A stretch of DNA of 64,000 nt from Octopus vulgaris (GCA_951406725.2 OX597818.1:144088001-144152000); one strand, 5' to 3'. Numbered from the stretch's first letter, positions 1 to 11,828 are shown. Made by a program: numbers and translations. Notes: generated from the sequence alone by a model not told the origin.

Positions 1-149
1 TAATAAAGAGTGAATGAGAATAATTGAAAATGAAACAAAATTGAAGCCAAATAACTAAAAATTATAGAAAGTGGGTAGAAATAAACACTACGTAGTGTAG
101 TAGTACTACGCTAGGGTATGTGTAGAAAGTTGAACGTGATTTCGGAATA

Positions 150-1300
150 TAATGAGGAAAAATTCGGATCTTGGGGATTTTCCGAAAGTTCGCTACCAAC
201 ATCAAGATTTTCCCTACAACTTACTTTATAGTTGTAATGAATGCCGTTTCAATAGTATTTCTATAAAATTTCATTGAAAAAAAACCATTTTCCTAAAACT
301 TGTGAGGGAAAAACTCGGATTTTGTGAATTTTCCGAAGTTCTCTCCCCACCGAGTTGGATAAGATTTTCCACAAAAATTTCTTTATAATCCGAAAGTATG
401 CCGCTTGAAAGGTATTTCTATAAAATTTCATTGAAAACAACCCATTTTCCCAAAACTTGTGAGGGAAAAACTCGGATTTTGTGAATTTTCCCAAGTCCTC
501 TCCCCACCGAGTTGGATAAGATTTTCCACACAAATTTCTTTATAATCCCAAAGCATGCCGTTTGAAAGGTATTTATATAAAATTTCATTCAAAAAACCCA
601 ATTTTCCTAAAACTTGTGAGGGAAAAACTCGGATTTTGTGAATTTTCCGAAGTCCTCTCCCCACCGAGTTGGATAAGATTTTCCACACAAATTTCTTTAT
701 AATCCCAAAGCATGCCCTTTGAAAGGTATTTCTATAAAATTTCATTCAAAAAACCCCATTTTCTTAAAACTTGTGAGGGAAAAACTCGGATTTTGTGAAT
801 TTTCCGAAGTCCTCTCCCCACCGAGTTGGATAAGATTTTCCACACAAATTTCTTTATAATCCGAAAGTATGCCGCTTGAAAGGAATTTCTATAAAATTTC
901 ATTAAAAAAAAACCATTTTCCTGAAAGTTACGAGGGAAAAGCTCGGATTTTGTGAATTTTCCCAAGTCCTTTCCCCATCCCCTTGGAAAAGATTTTCCTC
1001 ACAAATTTCTTTCTAATCCGAAAGCATGCCCTTTGAAAGGTATTTCTATAAAATTTCATTGAAAATAACCCATTTCCCTAAAAGTTATGTGGGAAAAACT
1101 CGGATTTTGTGAATTTTCCGAAGTCCTTTCCCCATCCCCGTTGGAAAAGATTTTCCTCACAAATTTCTTTATAATCGTAATCTATGCCGTTTGAAAGGTA
1201 TTTCTATAAAATTTCATTGAAGAAACCCCATTTTCCTAAAAGTTACGAGGGAAAAACTCGGATCTTATAAATTTTCCAAAGTCCTCTCCCCACCCTCCCG
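150..1300 (+). repeat. 157-bp tandem satellite, unit 1 (7 monomer starts)
   Basis: The motif (c/a)tataaaatttcatt recurs at 261, 418, 575, 732, 889, 1046 and 1204. Confidence 0.95.
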
Positions 1301-2390
1301 TTTCTTTGCTGCTTGCGATAGTAGTCGAGGAGGAACAACTTCCGGGTCATCTCTACTAAATGTCACCACTCTGTTCTATGTCCAGCAGCCACCTTTATCC
1401 TTTCTAGTCAGCACCGTGCATTCCTTACTCTTTCCCTCCCTACTACACTATCAACTAGCAACCAGCCAGCGAACTTGTTACTGCACTGCAGTTACCGTAT
1501 TTTCAGGTGTATAAGCCGCTATTTTTCTTTTACCGTCAGGTTTTAATAATGCTACTTTTCATCTAATAAAGACTTTTATATTGACGAAATATGTTTGTTG
1601 TTGATTATAGTAAGATAAAATCATGACAATGACAATACATCTCATAGTTAGAAAATAAGGCATTTTGAAACTACCTACACGTCAAGGATCTGTTCAGTTT
1701 GGCTCAAACACTGAAGAGATCCAATTTCATTGCAAGATATCCATTTTCCTAAAGGTTATGAGGGGGAAAATTCGGATCGTGTGAATTTTCCGAAAGTCCT
1801 ATTCCCGCCCCCGATTCGTTACTGCAAATTTTTATTTTCATATTTCATTATTGCACATTTTTTTTTACACCTGTTACACTCGTTTTGATTTCTGTTTTGG
1901 TAACCAGTAGTAAAAGTAACGTTAACCGATAGAATACCAGGTTTCAAAAAATGAGCCCTGGGATCGATTCATTCGACTAAATATTCTCCAAGGCGGTGCC
2001 CCAGCATAGCCGCAGGCTAATGACTCAAACAAGATACAATCAAAATATACTGAAATGATCTTAACGAAAGGTGTGGTTACTCGGCTGATTAAAACTAGCA
2101 GCCAAATCTTAAAATATTACTTTCGTTTTTATTTCCAAGAAGTGCTTACTTTAGATACAATGACCAGCAAAACTTTCCAAGTACAAACAGAGATTTCGTA
2201 GAAAAGTAATCTATGGAGCTGTTATAATAAATAGCAGTATTTCACAGGAGATAAATCATTAACTGCCTGATGCGCAATGAACTCAATTACACTGACTTAT
2301 TCCCCTTGTTCACAAGAATTTTTACTTTCATTTTGATTTCCGAGAAACAGAATCTTCACAAGTATTACTTTGTCATTACATACGTTCACT

Positions 2391-3035
2391 ATGTTCATCA
2401 CACTGTCTCCAAAAGAGATCCGCTATACTCAAGATTCTATCTCTTCACGTTTTCAAAATGGAAACGAAATACAAGATCTTATTTCAGACATTATCAAGGG
2501 TCAAACCACAATTAATGAAATTCGAACAATCAGAGTTTTCCGTAAAGATGAGAAATATTATAGTTTAGACAATAGGAGACTTTACGTGTTCAAAGAAGTG
2601 CAACGGTTAAAGCAGCCATATTTGAGGATAAGAGTCAAATTAATAGACGAAGCTGATTCTGACGCAGCTAAGTTCACTACAACGAGCGATGGTTTATATA
2701 TAAAAGTAAGAAAGGGACCTACAAATATAGTACCTAAACATACAACTGCGCCGACAAATATATATTCGTTTAGCGCAAGTCCCAGAACTGCATATGAAGC
2801 AAGTCCCAGACCTACTTATGAAGCAAGTACCAGACCTACTTATGAAGCAAGTACCAGAACTACTTATGAAGCAAGTACCAGAACTACTTATGCAACTGGA
2901 TCTAGTTTCTCCAGTAGCTATGGAACGGATAACGTTTACAGACTGGACACTCCAAGAGTTCCGAATATTATACGTAAAGAACCCACAAAGCCAACACCAG
3001 AGAAATCCGATGATTCTTGGTGTGTAATTCTTTAA
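2391..3035 (+). CDS. Uncharacterised protein: ParB/sulfiredoxin-like N-terminal domain, 8-aa repeat linker and C-terminal CaaX (CVIL); copy 1
   Basis: Open frame from 2337 to TAA at 3035, first ATG at 2391. Motifs LSPKEIRYTQDSISSRF, IRVF, YSLDNRRLYVFK and KFTTTSDG-IKVR; ends SWCVIL*. The frame is intact in all three copies. AATAAA lies ~250 bp downstream. The true 5' end may be spliced (acceptor at 2349-2350). Confidence 0.85.
   Translation: MFITLSPKEIRYTQDSISSRFQNGNEIQDLISDIIKGQTTINEIRTIRVFRKDEKYYSLDNRRLYVFKEVQRLKQPYLRIRVKLIDEADSDAAKFTTTSDGLYIKVRKGPTNIVPKHTTAPTNIYSFSASPRTAYEASPRPTYEASTRPTYEASTRTTYEASTRTTYATGSSFSSSYGTDNVYRLDTPRVPNIIRKEPTKPTPEKSDDSWCVIL
2773..2895 (+). repeat. 24-bp coding minisatellite encoding R(T/P)TYEAS(P/T) repeats (also ~13301-13425 and ~23816-23940)
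   Basis: Repeated (c)agacctacttatgaagcaagt(a/c)c units, in frame. Confidence 0.9.
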
Positions 3036-3557
3036 ACAGTCATCCTGATGCTACTGACTCTAAGGAATATCAATTTTAATTTTCTTGAATTTTGCTTGTT
3101 TTATTTGAGACGAAAATGGAACTTAAATTTAAATCTCTGATACTACGGATGTGAAGTAAGAACCTTCTAGTTTCCTTTACCTTTTTGGTAAAATTCTACC
3201 ACCTCAACCCCACATTTTACAACAAAAAAAAAAAAGATTTAAAGTTACCGGTTTTCTTTTTACCTTTCATATTTTTACGGATAATAAAATACATGCGAAG
3301 CAAAATATTCAACAAAACACTTCACAATGTATACAAATGGTATAAATATTGAAAAAGAAAAAAGAAAATATTAGAAATATTGGGATTTTAATTAAGTTTT
3401 CTTTATATATTCAAATCAATCATTTAAACGATTTTACTGGTAAATTCTGACAAACGGAATAAAATTTGAAAATTATCGAAGGGAAGTCGTTCTATCCTCA
3501 GACACAGGAAAGCAACAATTGACCTTTCATTTATTCTTTTCTCAAGTTATATAAAAC

Positions 3558-3599
<42 letters not shown>

Positions 3600-4649
3600 G
3601 TGTGTGTATGTATGTATGTATAAAAGGGACCGAGGTAAAAGAATACGCACACCACCCGTTTACCAAGTAAAAAGGACCCTAGCCCCTAACACTGGTTGTA
3701 CGTGTTCTTTACTTTCGCCATAAAAGGTTTTTGTTTCATTTAAACAATTTTAAAACGTCTAAATTATAAGTTTATCGTTTAATAAAGCTCCCCACACGCG
3801 GCAAAAGAGTTTCAATCTCTCTGTTACCAACGAAAACGATAAGCTTCCTCGATATTATTATTGTGTAACCAGAAGCTTGTTACTTTTAAACGTTCAGGGG
3901 GGAAAAAAAACTTCCTTTTCTACACACCCATATTTTTATTTTTATTTTTGTTAATGTGTACATCTTAACCTTATGGGGTCATTCATATCGATTCATTTCA
4001 AGATGACAACGCCGATACATAGCAATACTGATTACACCCACAAAGGAATCTAAAAAAAAGATTTTTTGCGTCGAAGTACCCTGAACTCCCAATATGCCAC
4101 AAATCTCCCTTTTTTTATTTTCAGAAACAAAGGGAGGCTAGTGCTGGGGGAGCTTGGAATTACTCCCGAAAGTCCGAGGTCCACCACCACATAAACGGCT
4201 CCTTTCTACTGAAAATGGAAGATTTGGCTGCTATTTCTAGCACGCGCTGCTACCACGTAACAACTATTTGCGATAGCAGCATGTCCTTTATCGCAAATAC
4301 CTGTTCAGTGGTAGCAGGACGTGCTAGAAATACCAGCCTAATCGGTTCATAACAACGTTTCACATTGTTTCGCTTTAATTACAACTAGGGAGGGGGAGGT
4401 TGGGTGATCTGCTGTTCCTGTCATTATTAAAGTGTTGCCTAAAAATGCACCTGGTTTTTACCCCTTGATTTGCCTTTTCCCACTGGTCAACGGTTTCTGT
4501 AGATTGTATCTGTGTAATGTCACTTCCTGCTTTTTCTTAAAATACTGCGAAATGTGCTCCACATACAAAGAAGTTACATTTTAATTCAAACGAATTAACC
4601 AGTTCTTGAATCTTTCAGAAAATTAATAAAAGAAAAGTGGTGCGCTTTC

Positions 4650-5325
4650 GTATGTGAAAATAATCTTTTGTCACTAAACACTTTCAAACTTCGGACACGG
4701 GTGGAAAGGCGTGATTCAACTGAATAAAATGACTGCCGTCGTTTGTCAACAAGAACTTCCGGCGGTGTATATTTCGTCTGTCACTGTTAATGACAACCCT
4801 TAACCACCCTTTCCTTACTGTATTTCTGTTGAGATGCTCTCTGTTTCTTTCAATTACTTTAAAAAAACAAAGAATTTAGTAAAGTAACTTAGTTATCATT
4901 CAGCTGGTTTTAGGAATATAGATTGTGACTAAGGATTGGTGGAAGATTTTAATTCAAAACTTATGAAAACAAGACATTTGTACTCAGAGCCACAGCCGGT
5001 TTCAGCCGGGTTGGTCACGAAAGGGTTAAAACTAGTACAAACGCACGATATGTCATAAATAGCAATTACAAACGAAAAACCCACCGCCGATAGTTTTTGT
5101 TGACAAACAACAGCAGTAATTTTATTCAGCTGAATACACGTCATTGATTGGTTGAAATTACCGAAATACGAAAACTTTGAGACGTGAAATAACTTCGTAA
5201 ATAGGTTTTTCACAAAAATGCTAAGAGTAAAAGATATTTCATATGACACATTCTACCAGTGTCCGAAGTTTGAAACTGTTTAGTTACAAAAGATTATTTT
5301 TTAAATCTGTCGGTCAAAAGGTAAA
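4650..5325. mobile_element. Degenerate palindromic MITE with a nested TTAA-flanked piggyBac-like MITE at ~4800-5030 (also ~15119-15794 and ~25659-26334)
   Basis: Arms actaaacactttcaaacttcggacac (~4673) and gtgtccgaagtttgaaactgtttagt (~5260) are inverted. The inner element ends cgaaagggttaa and matches 60122-60348 in reverse. Confidence 0.75.
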
Positions 5326-5362
5326 GATCCGCAACCAGTTGCTCAGACAGCCGGCACATACC

Positions 5363-5593
5363 TATTTCTTTACTACCCACAAGGGGCTAAACACAGAGGG
5401 GACAAACAAGGACAGACGTAGGTATTAAGTCGATTACATCGACCCCAGTGCGTAACTGGTACATAATATATCGACCCCGAAAGGATGAAAGGTAAAGTCG
5501 ACCTGGGCGGAATTTGAACTCACAACGTAACGGCAGACGAAATACCGCTAAGCATTTCGCCCGGCGTGCTAACGGTTCTGCCAGCTCGCCGCC
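5363..5593 (-). mobile_element. tRNA-derived SINE with 18-bp TSD
   Basis: Minus strand starts ggcggcgagctggcagaa with a B-box-like gagttcaaattcc. TSD agacagccggcacatacc at 5345-5362 and 5594-5611. Same family as 37159-37388. Confidence 0.9.
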
Positions 5594-6310
5594 AGACAGC
5601 CGGCACATACCATTTCGCTAGCCACAAGGGGAGCACAGGATGACAGTCAGCCCAAACCGTCGCTATGCTGTATCTCTTCTTTCCTCTGTCTGTCTCTCTT
5701 ATTAAGAAGATGTATGTATATTGTGCTAAGATTCGTTATCAAAAGTTATCCTTACTGAGAAGAAGCAGTCAAAAGCAACCACCACATACAATCACCAAAC
5801 ATCTCCACTACTTAACACCGTCCAAGTTAACCTGCTTCACCGTTTCAACTGACATGAAACACTACGAGGAAAAGCAACCATTTTAATTTAGCCAAAAAAG
5901 AGAAAAAATCGATTGCTATGAAAACGCGTAAAATTTGAGGGTTAATAATCTTAAATCTTTAGTTACAGTTTCTCATTCAAACTACATAATAAGCAGAATT
6001 GTCAGATTAAGACAGTGGGGTGTTTTGAGGGAGATTTGGCTGCTGTTTCTACTAGGTCTAGCTACCATGTAGAAGTCTCCTTATTGGCTCATACATACAT
6101 ATATGCATAAACTCGAAATAAAATACATAAAGCAACAGGCGTCAAATACAAATGCCGAGGTTCATGCAGTGTCATGAGCCCAAATATTTCCAACTTCTAG
6201 TCTAATGCGAGCTCAGAGCAATCTCTTATCTCTTACACTATTTCAGTATTATGTCTGTATTGTAATGCGAGATAATACTTTCAGTTTGAAAGAAGTCTGT
6301 CCTCTCTCTC

Positions 6311-6318
6311 TCTATATA

Positions 6319-6376
<58 letters not shown>

Positions 6377-6915
6377 TATATAAAATCCGTTCTGTCTGCT
6401 TGTGTGTGTGTCTTCTCTGATCTCGGGCATCCTCCATCCGATTGCGCTCAAATTTGATATGTAGATACCGACGGTATCAGGGCGTGTATAAGTCTTGAAA
6501 CAACTACAAAAATCGATTCCAGGTGAGAATGCGATCAATAAAGCCGTTATTTCCGTCAACCTGTACATAACTGCACCTTCCATTTTTTTGTTGGTTTTGT
6601 ACTGCTTAAAGACACGTTTCGTTCCTGCCAAGTTTACTGTTTAAACCGTGTCTGTGTTCTCCCAGTTAAAAGCCTATTCATTACTGGTACTTTAAAATCT
6701 TTGGTTGCATATTTGTGTGAATAAAATCGTTTTTCTTTGGAATAGAAAAAAGTTTATCGTTATTTCTTCTTTTGCTGGTGTCTCAAATTTAGATTAAATC
6801 AGTGTTTCCCAAATGTGAGGCCTATGGGACGGACGGACAAGTTTTGAGAATATTTGGTGTCAATGTTTGACAACTCAGCACCGTCCATTGGACAGGGGGC
6901 GTTTTGCTCGTGTGT

Positions 6916-6967
<52 letters not shown>

Positions 6968-7781
6968 CTTATGCATTCTAAAACCGAGTTATAGATTTTC
7001 ACGAATGGGGTATCAAAAGATTCAGTACTATTTCGGTAACAAATTAAGCAGGTATGTTCCATACCATTCTTATAAAAATGATAACTCTGTCCAAATTGGT
7101 GTGCTAAACACAAATTGGTGTTTCTGTAGAGCTTTAAAATTTTCAAGTGAAACAAATGGTATGTGCTGCTCAGGTGGTCAGGTAACATTGCCAGCACTAC
7201 CAGCTCCTTCTCAACCACTTATGGATCTTCTAGAAGGCACTTCCATCCAGTCAAAGGATTTTCTGAACAATATCAGGTAATACAACTCTGCATTTCAAAT
7301 GACATCGTTTGGTGCATCTAAGAAGATAAACACGAGTTTACGCTGACGTCAAAGTTCAAGGGCAAGTCCATCACCTTATTGGTTCCCTGTGGCCCAGAAA
7401 TGAACAACCACAGATCCTCCAAATTTACTTTATGAGTGATGTAGGACAACAAACCCGAAGGAGGTGTTAAATTTTCCGATGATGGGTCGTATTAGACACA
7501 GCGTTGACTGCTGCAAAAGAGAGTATATCCACTGACAGCTTTTCTGTGCGTTCAAAACTCACATGACCCCCATCCCAAATTTTCCATGACGGGTTAGGGC
7601 CTGAAATACTCCAAACGGATGCATAGCATGTTGCTTTGTCGAATTAGCGCAGCATTTACTCCACAAATGTTTTGTTGTCAATGCTTCACTTTCCCATATC
7701 ACCTCTTTCAACATAATCTGTAATATGTTACATACAAACTATGCCATTTTAATCCCGAGCAACGCCGGGTGCCTCTGCTAG
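6311..7781 (+). mobile_element. Non-autonomous Helitron with a Rep/Hel N-terminal remnant
   Basis: 5' TC-(TA)n start (exact position uncertain). 3' GC-rich hairpin cccgagcaacgccggg (7754-7769), then CTAG (7778-7781) followed by T. Positions 7120-7390 translate to ETNGMCCSGGQVTLPAL...FLNNIR*YNSAFQMTSFG...KVQGQVHHLIGSL, typical of the Helitron helicase-like N-terminal domain. Confidence 0.85.
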
Positions 7782-7925
7782 TAAACTCATATAAGCACAT
7801 ATATCCACATGCATTTATATATTAACGATGTACGCAAATACACGACAGGTAAACATAATACTGAAGTACGCATGAAGTAAACACATAAAGATAAATATAA
7901 CAAACAACGCAGAGACAAAGCATCT

Positions 7926-8515
7926 TTACCTTTTGACCGACAGATTAAAAAATATTTTTTTGTAACTAAACACTTTCAAACTTCGGACACAGGTAGAATG
8001 TGTCATATAAAATATCTTTTACTCTTAGCATTTTTGGGAAAAACTTACATTTACGAAATTATTTCACGTTAAAGTAGTCGTATTTCGGTAATTTCAACCA
8101 ATCAATGACGTGTATTCAGCTGAATAAAATTACTGCCATTGTTTGTCAACAAAAACTATCGGCGGTGGGTTTTTCCTTTGTCACTGTTATTTGTGACATC
8201 GTTCGTGCGTTTGTACTGGTTTTAACTTGAGGGTTTTAAGGTTAGGATTTTAGGGTTGTCATAAATAACAGTGACAAACGAAATATACACCGCCGGAAGT
8301 TCTTGTTGACAAACAACAGCAGTAATTTTATTCAGCTGAATACACGTCATCGATTGGTTGAAATTACCGAAATAGGACAACTTTAACATGAAATAACTTC
8401 GTAAATATAAGTTTTTCTCAGAAATACTAAGAGTAAAAGACGTTTTATAAGACACATTCTACCAGTATTCGAAGTTTGAAAGTGTTTGGTTAAAAAAAAA
8501 TATTTTTCAAATCTG
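7926..8515. mobile_element. Long-palindromic MITE, ~590 bp (also ~18286-18870)
   Basis: The left arm cagattaaaaaatat...caaacttcggacacaggtagaatgtgtc...tcagctgaataaaattactgc is the reverse complement of the right arm gcagtaattttattcagctga...gacacattctaccagtattcgaagtttg...aaatctg. Confidence 0.85.
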
Positions 8516-8884
8516 AGACAAAAGAAACAGTAAGATGATACATGCTGATTTTATTAGGTATTTCCGTTTATTTAGAAACCTACAATGAACAGGTCAGACG
8601 CTAAACTCTAAATTCCACAGGGTACAACCTTAAAGTTAACATCGCTCCGCTGAATTATAGCCGATTTTCAGATTTTTTACTGTGTTTTAAAAAATGCTTA
8701 CTTTACGAATGAAAAAAACTAGATCCGAAAAAGGTTTTTAACAAGATCCGATGTATCATGGTGAGAGAAACAAATTCATAAATAAGGTGTTGAATATAGT
8801 TTCACTGTGGGAAAAATGTTAAGGTCAATTTAGCTGTTGCTTTTAGCGCATCACTACAATTGGGATCTTTAAAAAAACTCATAC

Positions 8885-9182
8885 CTTTTAGGAGAATGGG
8901 GTTTTTTTTCAATGAAATTTTATAGAAATACCTTTCATACGGCATACATTACGATTATAAAGAAATTTCTGGGGAAAATCTTTTCCAAGGAGGTGGGGAG
9001 AGAACATCGGAAAATTTACAAAATCCGAGTTTTTTCTCATAACTTTCAGGAAAATGGGTCTTTTTTTTTTCAATGAAATTTTATAGAAATATCTCTGCAA
9101 CGGCATACATTACGATTATAAAGTAATTTGTGGGGAAAATCTTTTCCGAAGGGTGGGGAGAGGACTTTGGAAAATTCACAAG
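8885..9182 (-). repeat. About two inverted, diverged monomers of the 157-bp satellite (also ~19243-19535)
   Basis: caatgaaattttatagaaatacctttc...ggtggggagag...aaatccgagttttt is the reverse complement of the plus-strand monomer. Confidence 0.9.
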
Positions 9183-9221
9183 ATGCAAGTCATTCCCTCA
9201 TAATTGTATATATATATATAT

Positions 9222-10470
9222 ATATGGGATACCTCGAGAAAATACTATACCGGATGACACTCGAGAAATATGGAAACACCTTCGCCACCTATATCCATAA
9301 CAACTGGAAAAGATACCTCGATGACTGTTTCATCATCTGGGACAAAGGCATAGAGAAACTTGAGGAATTTAAAATTCTATTAAATGGAATAAATGACAAT
9401 ATACAATTCACGATGGACCACAACGAAAAAGAATTACCATTTTTAGACATCCTCATTAAGAAAACCGGCAACAAAATAGAGACAGATATCTACTATAAAC
9501 CGACAGACTCTAAACAGTACCTACCCTTTGATTCATGCCACCCACGACACACTAGAATGAATGTCCGATACAGCTAAGGGTCAGACCCGATTCTGATTGG
9601 TCAACAAGTTGATGACGTCTAGCTCTGCTAGAATGGACAGGATACAAACAGGGGACAGTCATTAGTCAGAATATTGATGACGTCCTTTTCTGCTTGAATA
9701 GTTACCTAACAAGTACAGACAGGTGGCAGATCTAATGTAGCTATAAGTCGTGATTGGGCAGAATCTGGATGACGTCCCGCTCTGCTTGACTAACGAAGCG
9801 ACTGGTCAAAACAGGAAACAAACAAGAGGCAGATATAATGCAGCGATTGGTCAAAATAATGATGACGTCCCGTTCTACTTGACTAACGAAGCGACTGGTC
9901 AAAACAGGAAACAAACAAGAGGGAGTTATAATGCAGCGATTGGTCAAAATAATGATGACGTCCCGTTCTACTTGATTAAAGCCACCTAACGAAACGATTG
10001 GTCAAAACATTGATGACGTCACGCTACGCTAGATTGACCACCTAACAGGCATTATAAAACCGAGCATTTCACAAAAACTCACTAGAACCACCCAGCGAAC
10101 TTCCACCATGGGTCATCACAATTGCTTAAGGTAAAAATGAATTCCTCGCTCTTTCGGAAACACCAATCTTCTGTATTGACCGCTTTCCACCACTTTGATC
10201 TGTTTTTTGTATTGAATACGTATCGCCACCGTGGGCCACTGCATCGAACACTTTGAACATATACTTCAAACTATATATCAACTATACATGAACTATATAT
10301 CAACTATACATGAACTCTAAGATGTCTGACTCCGTTGTGTATTATAAATGAATTTCTTGTGTTTGACAGCATGAGCTGTCTTTTTTTATATATAACTTTT
10401 TTTGATAAGGTTCATTTCAGGAACTGAAACATGTTATAATGTATATATAAAAATTTAAAATTGTATAATA
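9222..10470 (+). mobile_element. Penelope-like retroelement remnant: RT C-terminal fragment plus pLTR-like region
   Basis: YMGYLE...WKRYLDDCFIIW...IQFTM...LPFLDI...TDIYYKPTDSKQYL.FDSCHP is the PLE RT/thumb signature. Promoter-like repeats and a decayed hammerhead-like motif follow. Confidence 0.85.
9590..10132 (+). promoter_or_regulatory. Putative Pol II promoter (reiterated CCAAT and CRE motifs, TATA, Inr) with a Kozak ATG and splice donor (also ~19942-20484)
   Basis: Six gatgacgtc motifs, most preceded by gattgg; partly a ~92-bp tandem repeat. Perfect TGACGTCA at 10014-10021, TATAAAA at 10053-10059, TCACT with its A at 10081, CCACCATGG with ATG at 10108, and AAG|GTAAAA at 10130/10131. Confidence 0.55.
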
Positions 10471-10493
10471 CAGCAGCATTTTCGAACTTCATT

Positions 10494-10524
<31 letters not shown>

Positions 10525-10607
10525 AGTATGTGTGTGCGTATCTATCTATCTCTCTCTCTCTCGTTGCTGTGTTTTTTTCTGTGTTTTCTTGTTTGGATTA
10601 ACTCTCA

Positions 10608-10660
<53 letters not shown>

Positions 10661-10834
10661 AAGAGAGAGAGAGAGAGAGAGAAAGTAATAAAGAGTGAAT
10701 GAGAATAATTGAAAATGAAACAAAATTGAAGCCAAAACACTAAAAATTATAGAAAGTGGGTAGAAATAAACACTACGTAGTGTAGTAGTACTACGCTAGG
10801 GTATGTGTAGAAAGTTGAACGTGATTTCGGAATA

Positions 10835-11828
10835 TAATGAGGAAAAATTCGGATCTTGGGGATTTTCCGAAAGTTCGCTACCAACATCAAGATTTTCCCT
10901 ACAACTTACTTTATAGTTGTAATGAATGCCGTTTCAATAGTATTTCTATAAAATTTCATTGAAAAAAACCCATTTTCCTAAAACTTGTGAGGGAAAAACT
11001 CGGATTTTGTGAATTTTCCGAAGTTCTCTCCCCACCGAGTTGGATAAGATTTTCCACAAAAATTTCTTTATAATCCGAAAGTATGCCGCTTGAAAGGTAT
11101 TTCTATAAAATTTCATTGAAAACAACCCATTTTCCCAAAACTTGTGAGAGAAAAACTCGGATTTTGTGAATTTTCCGAAGTCCTCTCCCCACCGAGTTGG
11201 ATAAGATTTTCCACACAAATTTCTTTATAATCCCAAAGCATGCCCTTTGAAAGGTATTTCTATAAAATTTCATTCAAAAAACCCCATTTTCCTAAAACTT
11301 GTGAGGGAAAAACTCGGATTTTGTGAATTTTCCGAAGTCCTCTCCCCACCGAGTTGGATAAGATTTTCCACACAAATTTCTTTATAATCCGAAAGTATGC
11401 CGCTTGAAAGGTATTTCTATAAAATTTCATTAAAAAAAACCCATTTTCCTGAAAGTTACGAGGGAAAAGCTCGGATTTTGTGAATTTTCCCAAGTCCTTT
11501 CCCCATCCCCTTGGAAAAGATTTTCCTCACAAATTTCTTTCTAATCCGAAAGCATGCCCTTTGAAAGGTATTTCTATAAAATTTCATTGAAAATAACCCA
11601 TTTTCCTAAAAGTTATGTGGGAAAAACTCGGATTTTGTGAATTTTCCGAAGTCCTTTCCCCATCCCCGTTGGAAAAGATTTTCCTCACAAATTTCTTTAT
11701 AATCGTAATCTATGCCGTTTGAAAGGTATTTCTATAAAATTTCATTGAAGAAACCCCATTTTCCTAAAAGTTACGAGGGAAAAACTCGGATCTTATAAAT
11801 TTTCCAAAGTCCTCTCCCCACCCTCCCG
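10835..11828 (+). repeat. 157-bp tandem satellite, unit 2 (6 monomer starts)
   Basis: Same monomer at 10946, 11103, 11260, 11417, 11574 and 11732; one monomer fewer than units 1 and 3. Confidence 0.95.

Noticed and set aside
261-965. Minus-strand ORFs of 77-105 aa repeated in each unit
   Set aside because: They are translations of the 157-bp satellite; the period is not a multiple of 3 and there are no protein motifs.
150-1300. CRISPR-like regular array
   Set aside because: Whole monomers repeat with no unique spacers, there are no cas genes and the context is eukaryotic.
2270-2515. Overlapping 81-aa ORF and the 77-aa MKQVPDLL ORF at 2794-3027
   Set aside because: These are alternative frames of the CaaX gene and its 24-bp repeat, with no independent coding evidence.
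5500-5593. tRNA gene
   Set aside because: It is the tRNA-like head of a SINE with body, tail and TSD; no complete cloverleaf.
8852-10782. CACTA (8852) ... TAGTG (10778) as EnSpm/CACTA termini
   Set aside because: Complementarity extends only ~6 bp, there is no convincing TSD and the satellite arms do not fall symmetrically inside.
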